Shown: positions 28,913-38,895, counted from the stretch's first letter. The stretch: 64,000 nt of DNA from Patescibacteria group bacterium (GCA_041651195.1 JBAZJR010000001.1:71601-135600), one strand, 5' to 3'. The notes: generated by a model from the sequence alone, not told the origin. Numbers and translations: made by a program.

Positions 28913-29458
28913 ATGTTGAATCTACAATCAAAAATAGTAAATAAAGTTATTGGCTTTTTTTTTATTAATCCGCAGAAAAGACTCTATTTAAAACAATTAG
29001 CAGAAATTTTGGACATTGATGCGGGGAATCTTTCGCGGCAGATTAAAAAAATAGAAGCGGAGGGGATTATCGGTTCAGAAAATGAAGGCCGGCAAAAACA
29101 TTTCTATCTTAATCCGGATTATCCTTTGCTTGATGAAGTTAAAAAAATTTATGAAACTAAATATTCTTTGCCATTAATATTAAAAAAAACCTTGGCATCG
29201 CTGGAAGGTTTGCAAGAGGCTTATATCTTCGGGTCTTACGCTAAAAATACCATGACGGCCGAAAGTGATCTGGATTTATTGCTCGTTGGTAATCATGATG
29301 CCTTAGAGGCACGCCGGGTGATACTGCCGCTGCAAAAAAGAATCGGTCGCGAAATAAATATGATTGATTTTTCTGAATCGGAATATCAAGAAAAAAAAGC
29401 GGCGGGCGATGATTTTATAAAAAATATTTTTTCGGGTAAATTTATTAAGATAATTTAG
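28913..29458 (+). CDS. Winged-helix + minimal nucleotidyltransferase (MNT) protein, antitoxin-like partner of HEPN
   Basis: The N-terminal ArsR/MarR-like wHTH is LYLKQLAEILDIDAGNLSRQIKKIEAEGII. The MNT signature is IFGSYAKNTMTAESDLDLLLVG (GS-x10-SD-x-D). Confidence 0.75.
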   Translation: MLNLQSKIVNKVIGFFFINPQKRLYLKQLAEILDIDAGNLSRQIKKIEAEGIIGSENEGRQKHFYLNPDYPLLDEVKKIYETKYSLPLILKKTLASLEGLQEAYIFGSYAKNTMTAESDLDLLLVGNHDALEARRVILPLQKRIGREINMIDFSESEYQEKKAAGDDFIKNIFSGKFIKII

Positions 29459-29460
29459 AT

Positions 29461-29856
29461 ATGTTTGAAAAATTTGTTTTTTCCGCCAAACAAATTGAAA
29501 AATATTTTTCCTCGGCGGCTAAAGATTTTAGCACGGCTCTAAAAGGAGAAGCGGATGTGCGTTTCGTTTTTTGTTATAATTGTCTTTTGAAATTAGCGAT
29601 TGTCGTTTGCGCTAAAAATAATTTGCGAGTCAAGGCTAGGCGCGGGCATCATATTGTTTTAATTGAAAAGATGGCCGGATTTTTAGAAGACAAAGAGATA
29701 GAAATTATTGCCCAAGAAATGCGCGCCAAGAGAAATAGAGATTTGTATGATGGCGGGATTTTAATAAGTAAAAAAGACGCAGAAATGTATCTAGAATTTG
29801 TTTCAAATTTAATTAACAGAGTTGAAAAATATCTAGGTTTTAATAAATTATTTTAA
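29461..29856 (+). CDS. HEPN-domain-like protein (toxin-like partner of MNT)
   Basis: 131 aa, all-helical in appearance, starting 2 nt after the MNT stop. The R-N-x-x-x-Y-type motif ([11 protein letters not shown]) is as in PF05168-type HEPN proteins. The assignment rests on context and a short motif. Confidence 0.5.
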   Translation: MFEKFVFSAKQIEKYFSSAAKDFSTALKGEADVRFVFCYNCLLKLAIVVCAKNNLRVKARRGHHIVLIEKMAGFLEDKEIEIIAQEMRAKRNRDLYDGGILISKKDAEMYLEFVSNLINRVEKYLGFNKLF

Positions 29857-29860
29857 CATT

Positions 29861-31012
29861 ATGGAAATCAAATTAATCACCTCGGAATCGGTGACCGAGG
29901 GCCATCCGGATAAGGTCTGCGACCAGATCTCAGATGGCATCTTAGATGAGATCTTAAAGAAAGATTCCAATGGCCACGTCGCCGTGGAATCATTCGCGAC
30001 GAACGGCCTGGTCGTGGTTGGCGGCGAAGTTCGGACCAACCATTATGTCCAGATCGACGATCTGGTCCGGAAGATCTTGAAGGGGATCGGCTATGACGGC
30101 GCTGAGTCCGGTTTTGACTGCGATAGCGTCGGTATCGTCTCCGCCCTGCATTCGCAGAGCGCGGAAATCGCCCAGGGCGTGGATGAAGGGAGGGGCGATT
30201 ATAAAGAGCAGGGCGCCGGCGACCAGGGCTTGATGTATGGTTATGCGACTAATGAGACGAAAGAGCTCATGCCGCTGCCGATCATGCTCGCTCATAAGCT
30301 GACCGCCCGCTTAGCCGAAGTGCGCAAGAATAAGACTATGCCTTACTTAAGGCCGGATGGGAAGAGTCAGGTGACAGTAGAATATCATGACGGCCGGGCC
30401 AAACGGGTCGAAACCGTGGTCATCGCCGCTTGCCATAGCGATAAGGCCAGCTTGAAGAAAGTCCGGTCCGATGTCTTGAATAAAGTCATCAAGCCGGTTT
30501 TAGGAAAACTTTTAGATAAGAAGACCAAGGTTTATATCAATTCCACCGGCGCCTTCACTTTCGGCGGTCCGGCGGCGGACACTGGATTAACCGGCCGGAA
30601 GATCATCGTGGATACTTACGGCGGCGTAGCGCGGCACGGCGGCGGCTGTTTTTCCGGTAAAGACTCTTCTAAGGTCGATCGGAGCGGCGCCTATATGGCC
30701 CGCTATGTTGCCAAGAATGTCGTAGCGGCGGGGCTCGCGGACAAATGCGAACTGCAGGTCGCTTATGCCATCGGCGTAGCGCAACCAGTGGGCATCTATA
30801 TCAATACGGATGGCACGAATAAAGTTTCCGAGGCCAAGATCTTACAGGCCATAAAAAAAGTTTTTGATTTCCGCCCGAAAGCGATCATCGACCAACTCGG
30901 CTTGAAGAAGCCGGTCTTCTTGCAGACCGCCGCTTATGGCCATTTCGGCCGACCCGGCTTCGCCTGGGAAAAGACCGATAAGGTCGCGGCCTTGAAAAAA
31001 GCGGTAAAATAA
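29861..31012 (+). CDS. metK: S-adenosylmethionine synthetase
   Basis: [31 protein letters not shown] and [16 protein letters not shown] are canonical MetK motifs. Confidence 0.95.
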   Translation: MEIKLITSESVTEGHPDKVCDQISDGILDEILKKDSNGHVAVESFATNGLVVVGGEVRTNHYVQIDDLVRKILKGIGYDGAESGFDCDSVGIVSALHSQSAEIAQGVDEGRGDYKEQGAGDQGLMYGYATNETKELMPLPIMLAHKLTARLAEVRKNKTMPYLRPDGKSQVTVEYHDGRAKRVETVVIAACHSDKASLKKVRSDVLNKVIKPVLGKLLDKKTKVYINSTGAFTFGGPAADTGLTGRKIIVDTYGGVARHGGGCFSGKDSSKVDRSGAYMARYVAKNVVAAGLADKCELQVAYAIGVAQPVGIYINTDGTNKVSEAKILQAIKKVFDFRPKAIIDQLGLKKPVFLQTAAYGHFGRPGFAWEKTDKVAALKKAVK

Positions 31013-31039
31013 AAGGCGGAGGGATAAAAGAATAATGAT

Positions 31040-32563
31040 ATGATTGAGGCCAAGATGAACCGGATAATACGTCAGGCTATCAATACAGAATGGTTTTTTT
31101 TGACGGAAAGGCCGGATATGCCGCCTTTGCCGGTTTGGTATAAGATAAAACATAGCGCGCTTAGTCATCTCAATAAAAAGCTTTACGGCACGGGGATTCC
31201 TTGGGCTTGTTTTTGGCATGATAACAAGGTAGAGCATTATTTACATGGTCGAGAATATCGTGCCGCTATCCGCCGATCGACCCAGATTTTATTCTCTCCC
31301 CAAAAGTTGCGGCAACATATATCGCGATTGGAGAAATCTTGTGCGGCAGCCAAAAAAGCGGCGCAGCGCTTGGAAAGCTTATCTTGGCGAGAGCTGGACG
31401 ATCGGCGCTTATTCGCCGAATATGCCCGGGTTATTGATAATTATATCTTATCTTATATTTACGGCTTTATTACTTGGTGCACTCTCGTCTTAGAATATGA
31501 GGCTAAGTCAGTCATCAACAGATACGCGTCCGCCTTTAGTAAAATAAACATCTTGCCGGATCAGGCGCTCAGCGTCTTGATCGTGCCGGATAAATTAACT
31601 ATCTATCAAGAGAAAGATCACGCCTTGGCTGGCTTAGCTAAGGCTTACCGTCGCGTTCTCAGTCGTCCCAGCGGCGAAAAATACATCCGCGCTCGACAGC
31701 CGCGCCTTTACTCGGCGATCCAGGATTTTGTCGAGAAATATTCTTGGGTCGGCTTCAATTATGATGGCCCGGCTTTAGATTTTTCCGCCGCCGTCAAAGA
31801 AATATGGCAATATCAAGCTAAAACCGCGTCTCCGGCGCCTAGCAAGCGCGATATTTATCGCATCTGCCATTTTACCGCGCGCGAAAAAGAATTATTCAAA
31901 GCCTTAGAGATGATTTCTTATACGAAAGACCTACGGAACGCGACTGACGATTATGTCCATAACTGTTTTAGTAATTTTTATCAGGTGGCGGCTAGCCGGA
32001 CCGGATTAGCTAAGTCTGAGATAAAGTTTTTATGGGATGATGAGCTAGAGAGCTTGCTGGCCGGCGGCGGCCACTTTACCGGCCAGTATCTGGAAAAAAA
32101 ACATAGATTTTGCGTCGCGATTGCCCGACCTCAAGCAGCTGGTTTCAAACAGTATTATATCGGTAATTCGGCCAAAGCTTCTTATCGGACGATCTTGAAG
32201 AATAGTAATAAGCTTTCAGCCATTCCTACTGCTAACTTTATCAAGGGGGTGACGGCTGCTAGCGGTTATGCCGTCGGGAAGGTGAAGCTTGTCCGCTCGG
32301 TTGGCGATGTCCATAAGGTCGGGAAAGGCGATATTCTGGTTGCTAGCATGACCAGCCCGAAGTATATGCCGGCTATCATTAACGCGGCGGCCATAATTAC
32401 CGACGACGGCGGGCTAACCTGTCATGCGGCAATCATTGCCAGAGAAATCAAGAAGCCCTGCCTGATCGGGACTAAGCTGGCAACTAGGATCTTGCGGGAT
32501 GGCGATCTGGTGGCCGTGGCGGCCGATCAGGGGATAGTGACGATCATTAAGAAGCATCAATAA
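31040..32563 (+). CDS. Swivel phosphohistidine (PEP-utilizers mobile) domain protein with divergent N-terminal region, paralogue 1 of 10
   Basis: C-terminus: GVTAASGYAVGKV...GDILVASMTSPKYMPAIINAAAIITDDGGLTCHAAIIAREIKKPCLIGT. The His codon is at 32423-32425. The N-terminal region carries family motifs (EKYSWVGFNYDG; YTKDLRN). There is no ATP-grasp or TIM-barrel domain. Confidence 0.85.
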   Translation: MIEAKMNRIIRQAINTEWFFLTERPDMPPLPVWYKIKHSALSHLNKKLYGTGIPWACFWHDNKVEHYLHGREYRAAIRRSTQILFSPQKLRQHISRLEKSCAAAKKAAQRLESLSWRELDDRRLFAEYARVIDNYILSYIYGFITWCTLVLEYEAKSVINRYASAFSKINILPDQALSVLIVPDKLTIYQEKDHALAGLAKAYRRVLSRPSGEKYIRARQPRLYSAIQDFVEKYSWVGFNYDGPALDFSAAVKEIWQYQAKTASPAPSKRDIYRICHFTAREKELFKALEMISYTKDLRNATDDYVHNCFSNFYQVAASRTGLAKSEIKFLWDDELESLLAGGGHFTGQYLEKKHRFCVAIARPQAAGFKQYYIGNSAKASYRTILKNSNKLSAIPTANFIKGVTAASGYAVGKVKLVRSVGDVHKVGKGDILVASMTSPKYMPAIINAAAIITDDGGLTCHAAIIAREIKKPCLIGTKLATRILRDGDLVAVAADQGIVTIIKKHQ

Positions 32564-32564
32564 T

Positions 32565-32978
32565 ATGAACCGCGTCATGGTGTTTGGAACTTTTGACAAT
32601 TTACATCCTGGCCATCTGGATTATTTTCGCCAGGCCCGGCATTTTGGCGAGGAATTGATTGTCATCGTAGCGCGCGATCAGAATGTCTTAAAGATCAAGG
32701 GGCGCGCGCCGCAGGAAGGCGAGAAGTTACGGGCGAAGAATGTCCGCCAGGCGCTGCAAGAGGGCGCTTATCAGGGGCGAGCGGTCTTAGGCAGTTTAAA
32801 GAATCGTTGGTTGGTCATAAACAGATATCGTCCGGATTTTATCTGCTTAGGTTACGACCAACAAGTTGATTTAACGGAATTAAAGAGCAAAATTGCAAAA
32901 TTTCGTCTTTTTTGTAAGATCAGAAGGATGCGTCCGTATTATCCGGAGAAATATAAGTCTAGTTACTGCAAAAAATAA
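32565..32978 (+). CDS. Small cytidylyl/adenylyltransferase-family nucleotidyltransferase (RibL/TagD-like)
   Basis: 137 aa. VMVFGTFDNLHPGHLDYFRQA is the (T/H)xGH nucleotidyltransferase signature. It starts 1 nt after the paralogue 1 stop. Confidence 0.65.
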   Translation: MNRVMVFGTFDNLHPGHLDYFRQARHFGEELIVIVARDQNVLKIKGRAPQEGEKLRAKNVRQALQEGAYQGRAVLGSLKNRWLVINRYRPDFICLGYDQQVDLTELKSKIAKFRLFCKIRRMRPYYPEKYKSSYCKK

Positions 32979-32979
32979 T

Positions 32980-34410
32980 ATGGCCTGGCTTTTCTATAAA
33001 CGTGGGACGATCCATCCTTATCGGGCTTATGTGGCCTTGATGGGGATAAATAGGCGCCGCTTGCATCCGGTCGGCGTTAAGCATCCCCGGACTTTTTATA
33101 TTAATGAAGGAGAAAAATTATATTGGGCTTGGGAAGAAGATGATTTAAGAATTTTTTGGCGGCACTTGATCGCCATGCTACAAATACCGCGGCGAGTCAC
33201 GGCTTATTTTCGAGTTATAGATCGGCAGATTATTCGGGCTTTGTGGGCAACGGAGCATATTAGAAAAATGAATTTACGGCCCCTTGTTGACCAAGATTTA
33301 CTGAAGCTTTTTGCTGATTTAGAAACCGCGGTCACTCCGTCTATGTTTGCTCTGAATAGTGAGATTGATGTGGTCGACCTGTATTTAGAGGATTGGCTGA
33401 GGGCCAGGATCGAGCAGGAGTTAAAGACTGTCTCGTCGAATCAGGCTCGAATAATTTCTCAAAAATTAATCCAACCGATTAGCCGCACTTATGTTAATCG
33501 GGAAGAGATTATGATCATGCGAGCCGCTCAGCGCCACGATTTTTCAGATCAGACGCTTCGTCGTATTTATAATAAATTTTGGTGGACCAATCTCGGCTGG
33601 GAAAATGTGCGACCGCGTTCATTGGATTATTTCCGTCAGTCAATCAGGAAACAAGCGAGGATCGTTGGGGTGACAACAAAATTAGCGCAAGCGGAAAATT
33701 TCGTCCTTCTCAATCAGCGGGAACGCCGGCAGTATTTAAAATTTTTTCGGGCCTCCAGTCCGATTAAATACTGGTTATCGATCTATGACCGTTATGTCTA
33801 CTATCATGACCGCCGCAAGGAATTACAAGGGCGGATCAATTATGCGTTTTACTTGTTATTGTCAGAGGTCGCCCGTCGGCGTCGATTAAAAGTAGCTGAT
33901 TTAGAGTGGCTATGGCATTTTGAAGTAAAAAATATTTTGCAGGGCGGTAGCCTTGATCAAGCGGAAATAAGGCGCCGGAAGAAGGGCGTTGCCGCCCTTG
34001 TTTATTTCAATAAATTTACGGTTTGGAGCGGCATCGCCGCGATCCGTTTACGGAGAAAATATGTTAAAGAAGAAAAACAAAAGATTTTTGAATTTTCCGG
34101 CTTAGGCGTCAGTGGCGGACTGGTCCGCGGTCGGGTAAAAGTATGCGCTGGCGCCAAAGAGGCTTTATTGAAGATCAAGCAGGATGATATCCTGGTCTGC
34201 CCGATGACCACGCCGGAGCACGTTATCGCGATGCGCAGAGCTAAAGCGATCATCACCGACGAAGGCGGTATCACTTGTCATGCCGCGATTATCGCCAGAG
34301 AATTTGGCATTCCTTGCATCGTCGGGACAAAAACTGCGACACGAATTTTGTCTGACGGCGACTTGATAGAAGCGGACGCCAGAAATGGGCTGGTTAAATT
34401 TATAAAGTAA
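32980..34410 (+). CDS. Swivel phosphohistidine domain protein, paralogue 2 of 10
   Basis: The ATG at 32980 (MAWLFYKRG) is preferred over the track start 32893, which overlaps the previous gene. C-terminus: GLGVSGGLVRGRV...DDILVCPMTTPEHV...AKAIITDEGGITCHAAIIAREFGIPCIVGT. His codon at 34279-34281. N-terminal motifs: NKFWWTNLGWEN and YYHDRRKE. Confidence 0.85.
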   Translation: MAWLFYKRGTIHPYRAYVALMGINRRRLHPVGVKHPRTFYINEGEKLYWAWEEDDLRIFWRHLIAMLQIPRRVTAYFRVIDRQIIRALWATEHIRKMNLRPLVDQDLLKLFADLETAVTPSMFALNSEIDVVDLYLEDWLRARIEQELKTVSSNQARIISQKLIQPISRTYVNREEIMIMRAAQRHDFSDQTLRRIYNKFWWTNLGWENVRPRSLDYFRQSIRKQARIVGVTTKLAQAENFVLLNQRERRQYLKFFRASSPIKYWLSIYDRYVYYHDRRKELQGRINYAFYLLLSEVARRRRLKVADLEWLWHFEVKNILQGGSLDQAEIRRRKKGVAALVYFNKFTVWSGIAAIRLRRKYVKEEKQKIFEFSGLGVSGGLVRGRVKVCAGAKEALLKIKQDDILVCPMTTPEHVIAMRRAKAIITDEGGITCHAAIIAREFGIPCIVGTKTATRILSDGDLIEADARNGLVKFIK

Positions 34411-34414
34411 TAAT

Positions 34415-35854
34415 ATGGCTAAAAATAAACAAAAATTATCACTGGCTCGGAATCAAAAATTAGATAATCTAGAATTAGTTTACAAAACTTCGATCACGCC
34501 CTTTTTCCCAATCTGCCAGGTGGGGCGGCATTATAGTCGAAGATTTCAGAAGATTCTCGTTTTAAATAATCAGCCGCAGGAGCTAGTGGTTGCAATTACG
34601 CCGTCTGGAGTCAATTGGTTTTTTCCTAGGACTTTAAAACCGATCGCTATTAGATATGTTGATAAGCTGCTATCTGATCGGCGGATTTTGCCAGCGCTGC
34701 TGGGCCAAGAGCGGAGCTTATCACGTCAGCTTTTACGGATTATCAAGACTCCAATTCCCGTTTTGGTCAAAGACGGCCAGATAACGGCGTTAGGACGCAA
34801 GTTATTTCACGATATACTGACTCTATATTACGATTACGGCTATATTGCCGATGTGCCCGGTTTCATATTCCAGGTCTATGCTGTCGATTATTTCAAAGAG
34901 CGGATTGAGAAACAATTATATCAAGCTGGTCAGGCGGCTTTGGCTACTGATGAGAATCTAGATTTATTATTGACTTCCCCTGGTTACACTAATTATGAGA
35001 ATTTTTTGCAGGATTTAGCTGGTTTGAAAGAAAAACAAGCGGTGTCTGTCGTAACTCGTCGTTGGTCGTGGCTAATCCATGACTATATCGGCACGGTCAT
35101 TGATGAAAAATATATCATCTCTAAAATTAAGCAGTTGGGCAGAAGTCAGATTAATAAAGATTTGCGGCAAGCCGAGCAAAGGATTGCGGCGATCGGGAGG
35201 GTGAAGAGATTATTACCGGTCCGCGCGCGCCAAGAGACGGAGATAGTCCAAAAATTTCTTTGGATTTATAATGATCGGAAAAAAGAAGTCTTGAACCAGG
35301 TCAATATTTATTTGCGCCGTCTCTTTGAGGCGAAATTTCCCGGGCTCAGTTTTAGTCAACTGCGGGAGCTGTACCAGCATCGGCCCGACGACCTGGAAAA
35401 GATCTTTTCTTCTCCTCGACCTTTGTCTGTTTGGTTGAAACAGAAGAAATTTATTTATATCATCAAGAATGGGCGGGTAACGAATGGTCCGGCCTCTTAT
35501 TTTTCCCTGATTGATCGGCCGGTCTTAGCAGCCGATAAGATTTTGCGCGGGAAAACCGCTTGCGTCGGCCTGGTTAGGGGGAGAGTTAATGTCGTCTTGA
35601 ATATTTCGCAGATCACTAAGTTCGTGCCCGGCAGCATCCTGGTCGCCCCCTTTACAAATGTTAATTATCTGCCGATCATGAGCAAGGCCGGCGCTATCCT
35701 GACGGAAACCGGCGGCCTGACCTCTCACGCCGCGATTACGGCGCGAGAATTGAAAATCCCTTGCGTCGTCGGTATCCCGCATCTGTTAGCCAACCTGTAT
35801 GACGGGCAGGAGGTTGAAGTCGATGCCGGGAAAGGAACTATCAGGATTATTTAA
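34415..35854 (+). CDS. Swivel phosphohistidine domain protein, paralogue 3 of 10 (most divergent swivel)
   Basis: C-terminus: GKTACVGLVRGRV...GSILVAPFTNVNYLPIMSKAGAILTETGGLTSHAAITARELKIPCVVGI. His codon at 35726-35728. N-terminal motifs: RRWSWLIHDYIG and IYNDRKKE. Confidence 0.85.
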   Translation: MAKNKQKLSLARNQKLDNLELVYKTSITPFFPICQVGRHYSRRFQKILVLNNQPQELVVAITPSGVNWFFPRTLKPIAIRYVDKLLSDRRILPALLGQERSLSRQLLRIIKTPIPVLVKDGQITALGRKLFHDILTLYYDYGYIADVPGFIFQVYAVDYFKERIEKQLYQAGQAALATDENLDLLLTSPGYTNYENFLQDLAGLKEKQAVSVVTRRWSWLIHDYIGTVIDEKYIISKIKQLGRSQINKDLRQAEQRIAAIGRVKRLLPVRARQETEIVQKFLWIYNDRKKEVLNQVNIYLRRLFEAKFPGLSFSQLRELYQHRPDDLEKIFSSPRPLSVWLKQKKFIYIIKNGRVTNGPASYFSLIDRPVLAADKILRGKTACVGLVRGRVNVVLNISQITKFVPGSILVAPFTNVNYLPIMSKAGAILTETGGLTSHAAITARELKIPCVVGIPHLLANLYDGQEVEVDAGKGTIRII

Positions 35855-35882
35855 GACTTAATCAGGACCATTAAATAAATGT

Positions 35883-37409
35883 ATGGCCAAATATCAGTCC
35901 GGGCTGATCGCCCGGAATATCAAACTATTAAAGCAGAAAGAGTGGTATAACCAGCGGTTTGACGGCTGCTTAAACCTGATCTGGATGATCGCTGAACTGC
36001 ATATTAAGGCGGAAAAGCGGAAGCTAGCTGGCGGCAATTGCACGTCCCATCTTTGCATTTTTGATGGACAAAAGGCGGATTGGTATATGGATTTAGCCGA
36101 CATCAAGAGGATCGCCAGTGTCTTTATAAGAAGAGCGGCAATTGAGAATCATTTAGGTAAAAAATTAATGCGCCAGTGGTCGGTTGACGATAAGAAGCTG
36201 TCGGCATTCTTTGCCCGACTAGACAAGGTTGATCTGAAAAAACTAAGTAGTCAAGAATTAAGAAAATTATATTCCAGCCTGACCGACCACTATCACAAGG
36301 CCATCAGTTATTCTTCATTGATTGATGGCTTTGCCTTAGGGAGTGATGAGATAATCCAAGCAGAAATCAATAAGTTATTGGATCAGCGGGGTATCGTTAA
36401 GGGCCGTGGCGTTATCTTTTCCAATCTTACCGCCTCGGTCCATCAGTCTTTTATCAATCAAGCAGAAATCTCTTTGTTCACTATCGCGGAGCGTATTAGC
36501 AAGTTCAAGGATATGGCGTCCGCCTTAAATAATCCCGCCGTTAAGAAATTAATCGCCGCCCATGCCGCCAAATATTGTTGGATCAAGAATAATTATTTTG
36601 ATCGCCATATCTTGACGCCGGCCTATTTTATCAAAGAGCTGAGGAGTATCCTCAAAAGTTCTGTAAATTTACAGCAGGAAATCCGTCGGATAAAGGATGC
36701 GCCCTTGATTAACAAGAAGGAGAAACAAGCATTGTTGAAAAAACTAGCGCCTAGTCGCTCTTTGCGGAATCTTTTGGCAATCTCCGAAGATTTTACATAT
36801 TGGCAGGATGAGCGCAAGAAAAGGACGATGCTTTTTACCCATTATGCCCTTTGTTTCTTAGAAGAAATCGCTCGTCGTTTTCATATTCCGCCAGCTGCAG
36901 TTAAATGTTTGTCACAGGATGAGGCGCGGACTATATTAGCTGGCGGAAAGATCGACCGGGCGGAATTGACCAAACGCATCAGCCATTCATTTATTTATCA
37001 AAAAGGCGAGCATTATGAAATTTTGTCCGGGCATACGGCAGAGAACGTTGCCCAGCAGATTTTTGAACACCAAGACCAGTCGCATATCCAGGATTTCCGC
37101 GGTTTGACCGCCTCCACGGGTAGAGCGCGCGGTCTAGCCAAAATAGTGACGAGCGTCAAAGAAATTGATAAAGTTAAAGTAGGCGATATCTTGGTCGCGG
37201 TCATGACTCGGCCGGACTATATCATGGGCATTAAGAAGGCAGCCGCGATCGTGACTGATGAGGGTGGTATTACCTGTCATGCCGCTATTATTAGCCGAGA
37301 ATTAGGGATCCCCTGTATTATCGGCACCAAGATTGGCACCAAGATCTTAAAAGACGGCGACCTGATTGAGGTTAACGCCAACCACGGCTGGATTAGGAAA
37401 ATAAAATAA
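35883..37409 (+). CDS. Swivel phosphohistidine domain protein, paralogue 4 of 10
   Basis: C-terminus: GLTASTGRARGLA...GDILVAVMTRPDYIMGIKKAAAIVTDEGGITCHAAIISRELGIPCIIGT. His codon at 37278-37280. N-terminal motifs: QKEWYNQ, AKYCWIKNNYFD and YWQDERKK. Confidence 0.85.
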   Translation: MAKYQSGLIARNIKLLKQKEWYNQRFDGCLNLIWMIAELHIKAEKRKLAGGNCTSHLCIFDGQKADWYMDLADIKRIASVFIRRAAIENHLGKKLMRQWSVDDKKLSAFFARLDKVDLKKLSSQELRKLYSSLTDHYHKAISYSSLIDGFALGSDEIIQAEINKLLDQRGIVKGRGVIFSNLTASVHQSFINQAEISLFTIAERISKFKDMASALNNPAVKKLIAAHAAKYCWIKNNYFDRHILTPAYFIKELRSILKSSVNLQQEIRRIKDAPLINKKEKQALLKKLAPSRSLRNLLAISEDFTYWQDERKKRTMLFTHYALCFLEEIARRFHIPPAAVKCLSQDEARTILAGGKIDRAELTKRISHSFIYQKGEHYEILSGHTAENVAQQIFEHQDQSHIQDFRGLTASTGRARGLAKIVTSVKEIDKVKVGDILVAVMTRPDYIMGIKKAAAIVTDEGGITCHAAIISRELGIPCIIGTKIGTKILKDGDLIEVNANHGWIRKIK

Positions 37410-37434
37410 ATTTTGGCGGTATATCTTTGTTTAT

Positions 37435-38892
37435 ATGTTTAAATCAGTAAAAAATAGGTATAGATTATTAGTTGATCCTGATCAGGATCTTTGTCGCTGG
37501 AAAGTCGATGCCTATCCCGCCTTACTTTATGCGGCCTGTCGAGATATGTACAAATCTCCTTATGGTTGGCCAAAATCGGAAGGATTCTTTTTCGGACATG
37601 ATTTTTATTGGTATGATAATTGGTCAGATATTTGGAGGAATGGCAACAGATATATTAAGAAATATCTGCAGGATTCTCGTGGTGAGTTGCCAGCCAGCTA
37701 TATGCGCAAGCATGTTGCCGCTTTTGTGTCGCTATCCCATCAGATCAAAGATACAGCCAAGATGTCTTTTAATAAATTAAAGATAAATGATCTGCGTCGC
37801 GAGTGGTTTAAATTTTTTAAAATATATTCTCATTTTTGGTTAGTTGTGACCGATATAGAGGTTCTGAGTTACGCGGCCAGTCATCGTCTAAGTCAGTTGT
37901 TAGAAAAAAGCAAAATATCCATCAGCCCGAATGAAGTATCTATCCTTAACGCCTTACCACAGCGATCTTATATCTTAGAAGAGGAGTATAAATTATTAAA
38001 AATTGCTATTCTTAAGAAAAAAGGAGAACGCGAAAAGCGGCTGCGGCAGCACGCCAAAAATTTTTCTTGGATTTTAAACGGCTATCACGGCGTTCGCCTC
38101 GCCGATGAGACATATTTCCGCCGCCGTCTGCAGGAGTTTATAAGACGTGGCGATTCTCAGAAACGTTTTAATGAATTAAAAAATTATTGCAGTAATACCA
38201 GCAGGAGCTTTAAGGATCTGGTCAAGAAATACGGGCTGGACGCAGAAATTATTAAATATGCTAAGTTATCACAGCGATCTTCTTTAATCCAGGATCGGCG
38301 GAAAGCTTTATCGTGGCAAGCTACCGAACAGATAATAAGAATGTATAAGGCTTTAGCGGCGCTATTAGGCATTAGCCTGGAACAATCTTTATATATTTTG
38401 TGGGATGAATTTGATAAAGCCTATCAGGAGCGCGCCAGTTTATTACCGGAGATTACTCGCCGTCAGCATTCTTGTCGCTTACGCATCCGGTCTAATCGCA
38501 CGACCATTTCTACTGCTGATGCCAAGAAGATATTTTCTATTTTTGAGAAAGAGTACTCCCAAGACAAAGGAGGCGCGGTCAATGGGATCGTTGCTTATGC
38601 TGGTAAAGTCACTGGTCGGGTACGAATTATTCGTAATGGTCGACAGATAAATAATTTTCCGGCTGGCTACATCTTGGTTGCATTGATGACATCTCCGGAT
38701 TATATTATTGCGATTAAGAAAGCGAAAGCCCTAGTTACTGATGACGGAGGATTGACTTGCCATGCTGCTATCGTCGCCCGTGAATTAAAGAAACCTTGTA
38801 TTGTCGGAACAAGGAATGCCACTAGAGCGTTAAAGAATGGCGATTTAGTAGAGGTTGACGCGCATCGCGGTTTGGTTAGGAAATTAAGATAA
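37435..38892 (+). CDS. Swivel phosphohistidine domain protein, paralogue 5 of 10 (AT-rich gene)
   Basis: C-terminus: GIVAYAGKVTGRV...GYILVALMTSPDYIIAIKKAKALVTDDGGLTCHAAIVARELKKPCIVGT. His codon at 38761-38763. N-terminal motifs: KNFSWILNGYHG and LIQDRRKA. Confidence 0.85.
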   Translation: MFKSVKNRYRLLVDPDQDLCRWKVDAYPALLYAACRDMYKSPYGWPKSEGFFFGHDFYWYDNWSDIWRNGNRYIKKYLQDSRGELPASYMRKHVAAFVSLSHQIKDTAKMSFNKLKINDLRREWFKFFKIYSHFWLVVTDIEVLSYAASHRLSQLLEKSKISISPNEVSILNALPQRSYILEEEYKLLKIAILKKKGEREKRLRQHAKNFSWILNGYHGVRLADETYFRRRLQEFIRRGDSQKRFNELKNYCSNTSRSFKDLVKKYGLDAEIIKYAKLSQRSSLIQDRRKALSWQATEQIIRMYKALAALLGISLEQSLYILWDEFDKAYQERASLLPEITRRQHSCRLRIRSNRTTISTADAKKIFSIFEKEYSQDKGGAVNGIVAYAGKVTGRVRIIRNGRQINNFPAGYILVALMTSPDYIIAIKKAKALVTDDGGLTCHAAIVARELKKPCIVGTRNATRALKNGDLVEVDAHRGLVRKLR

Positions 38893-38895
38893 TTT

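Noticed and set aside
27571-29860. SAM/SAH riboswitch upstream of ahcY or metK; T-box upstream of leuS
   Set aside because: The ahcY and metK upstream gaps are 15 nt and 4 nt, and the leuS ATG lies only 19 nt after the xth stop. There is no room for a structured leader.
30842-31237. 131-aa minus-strand ORF spanning the metK / paralogue 1 junction
   Set aside because: It is antisense to the end of metK and the start of paralogue 1. It has no RBS and a composition-driven translation.
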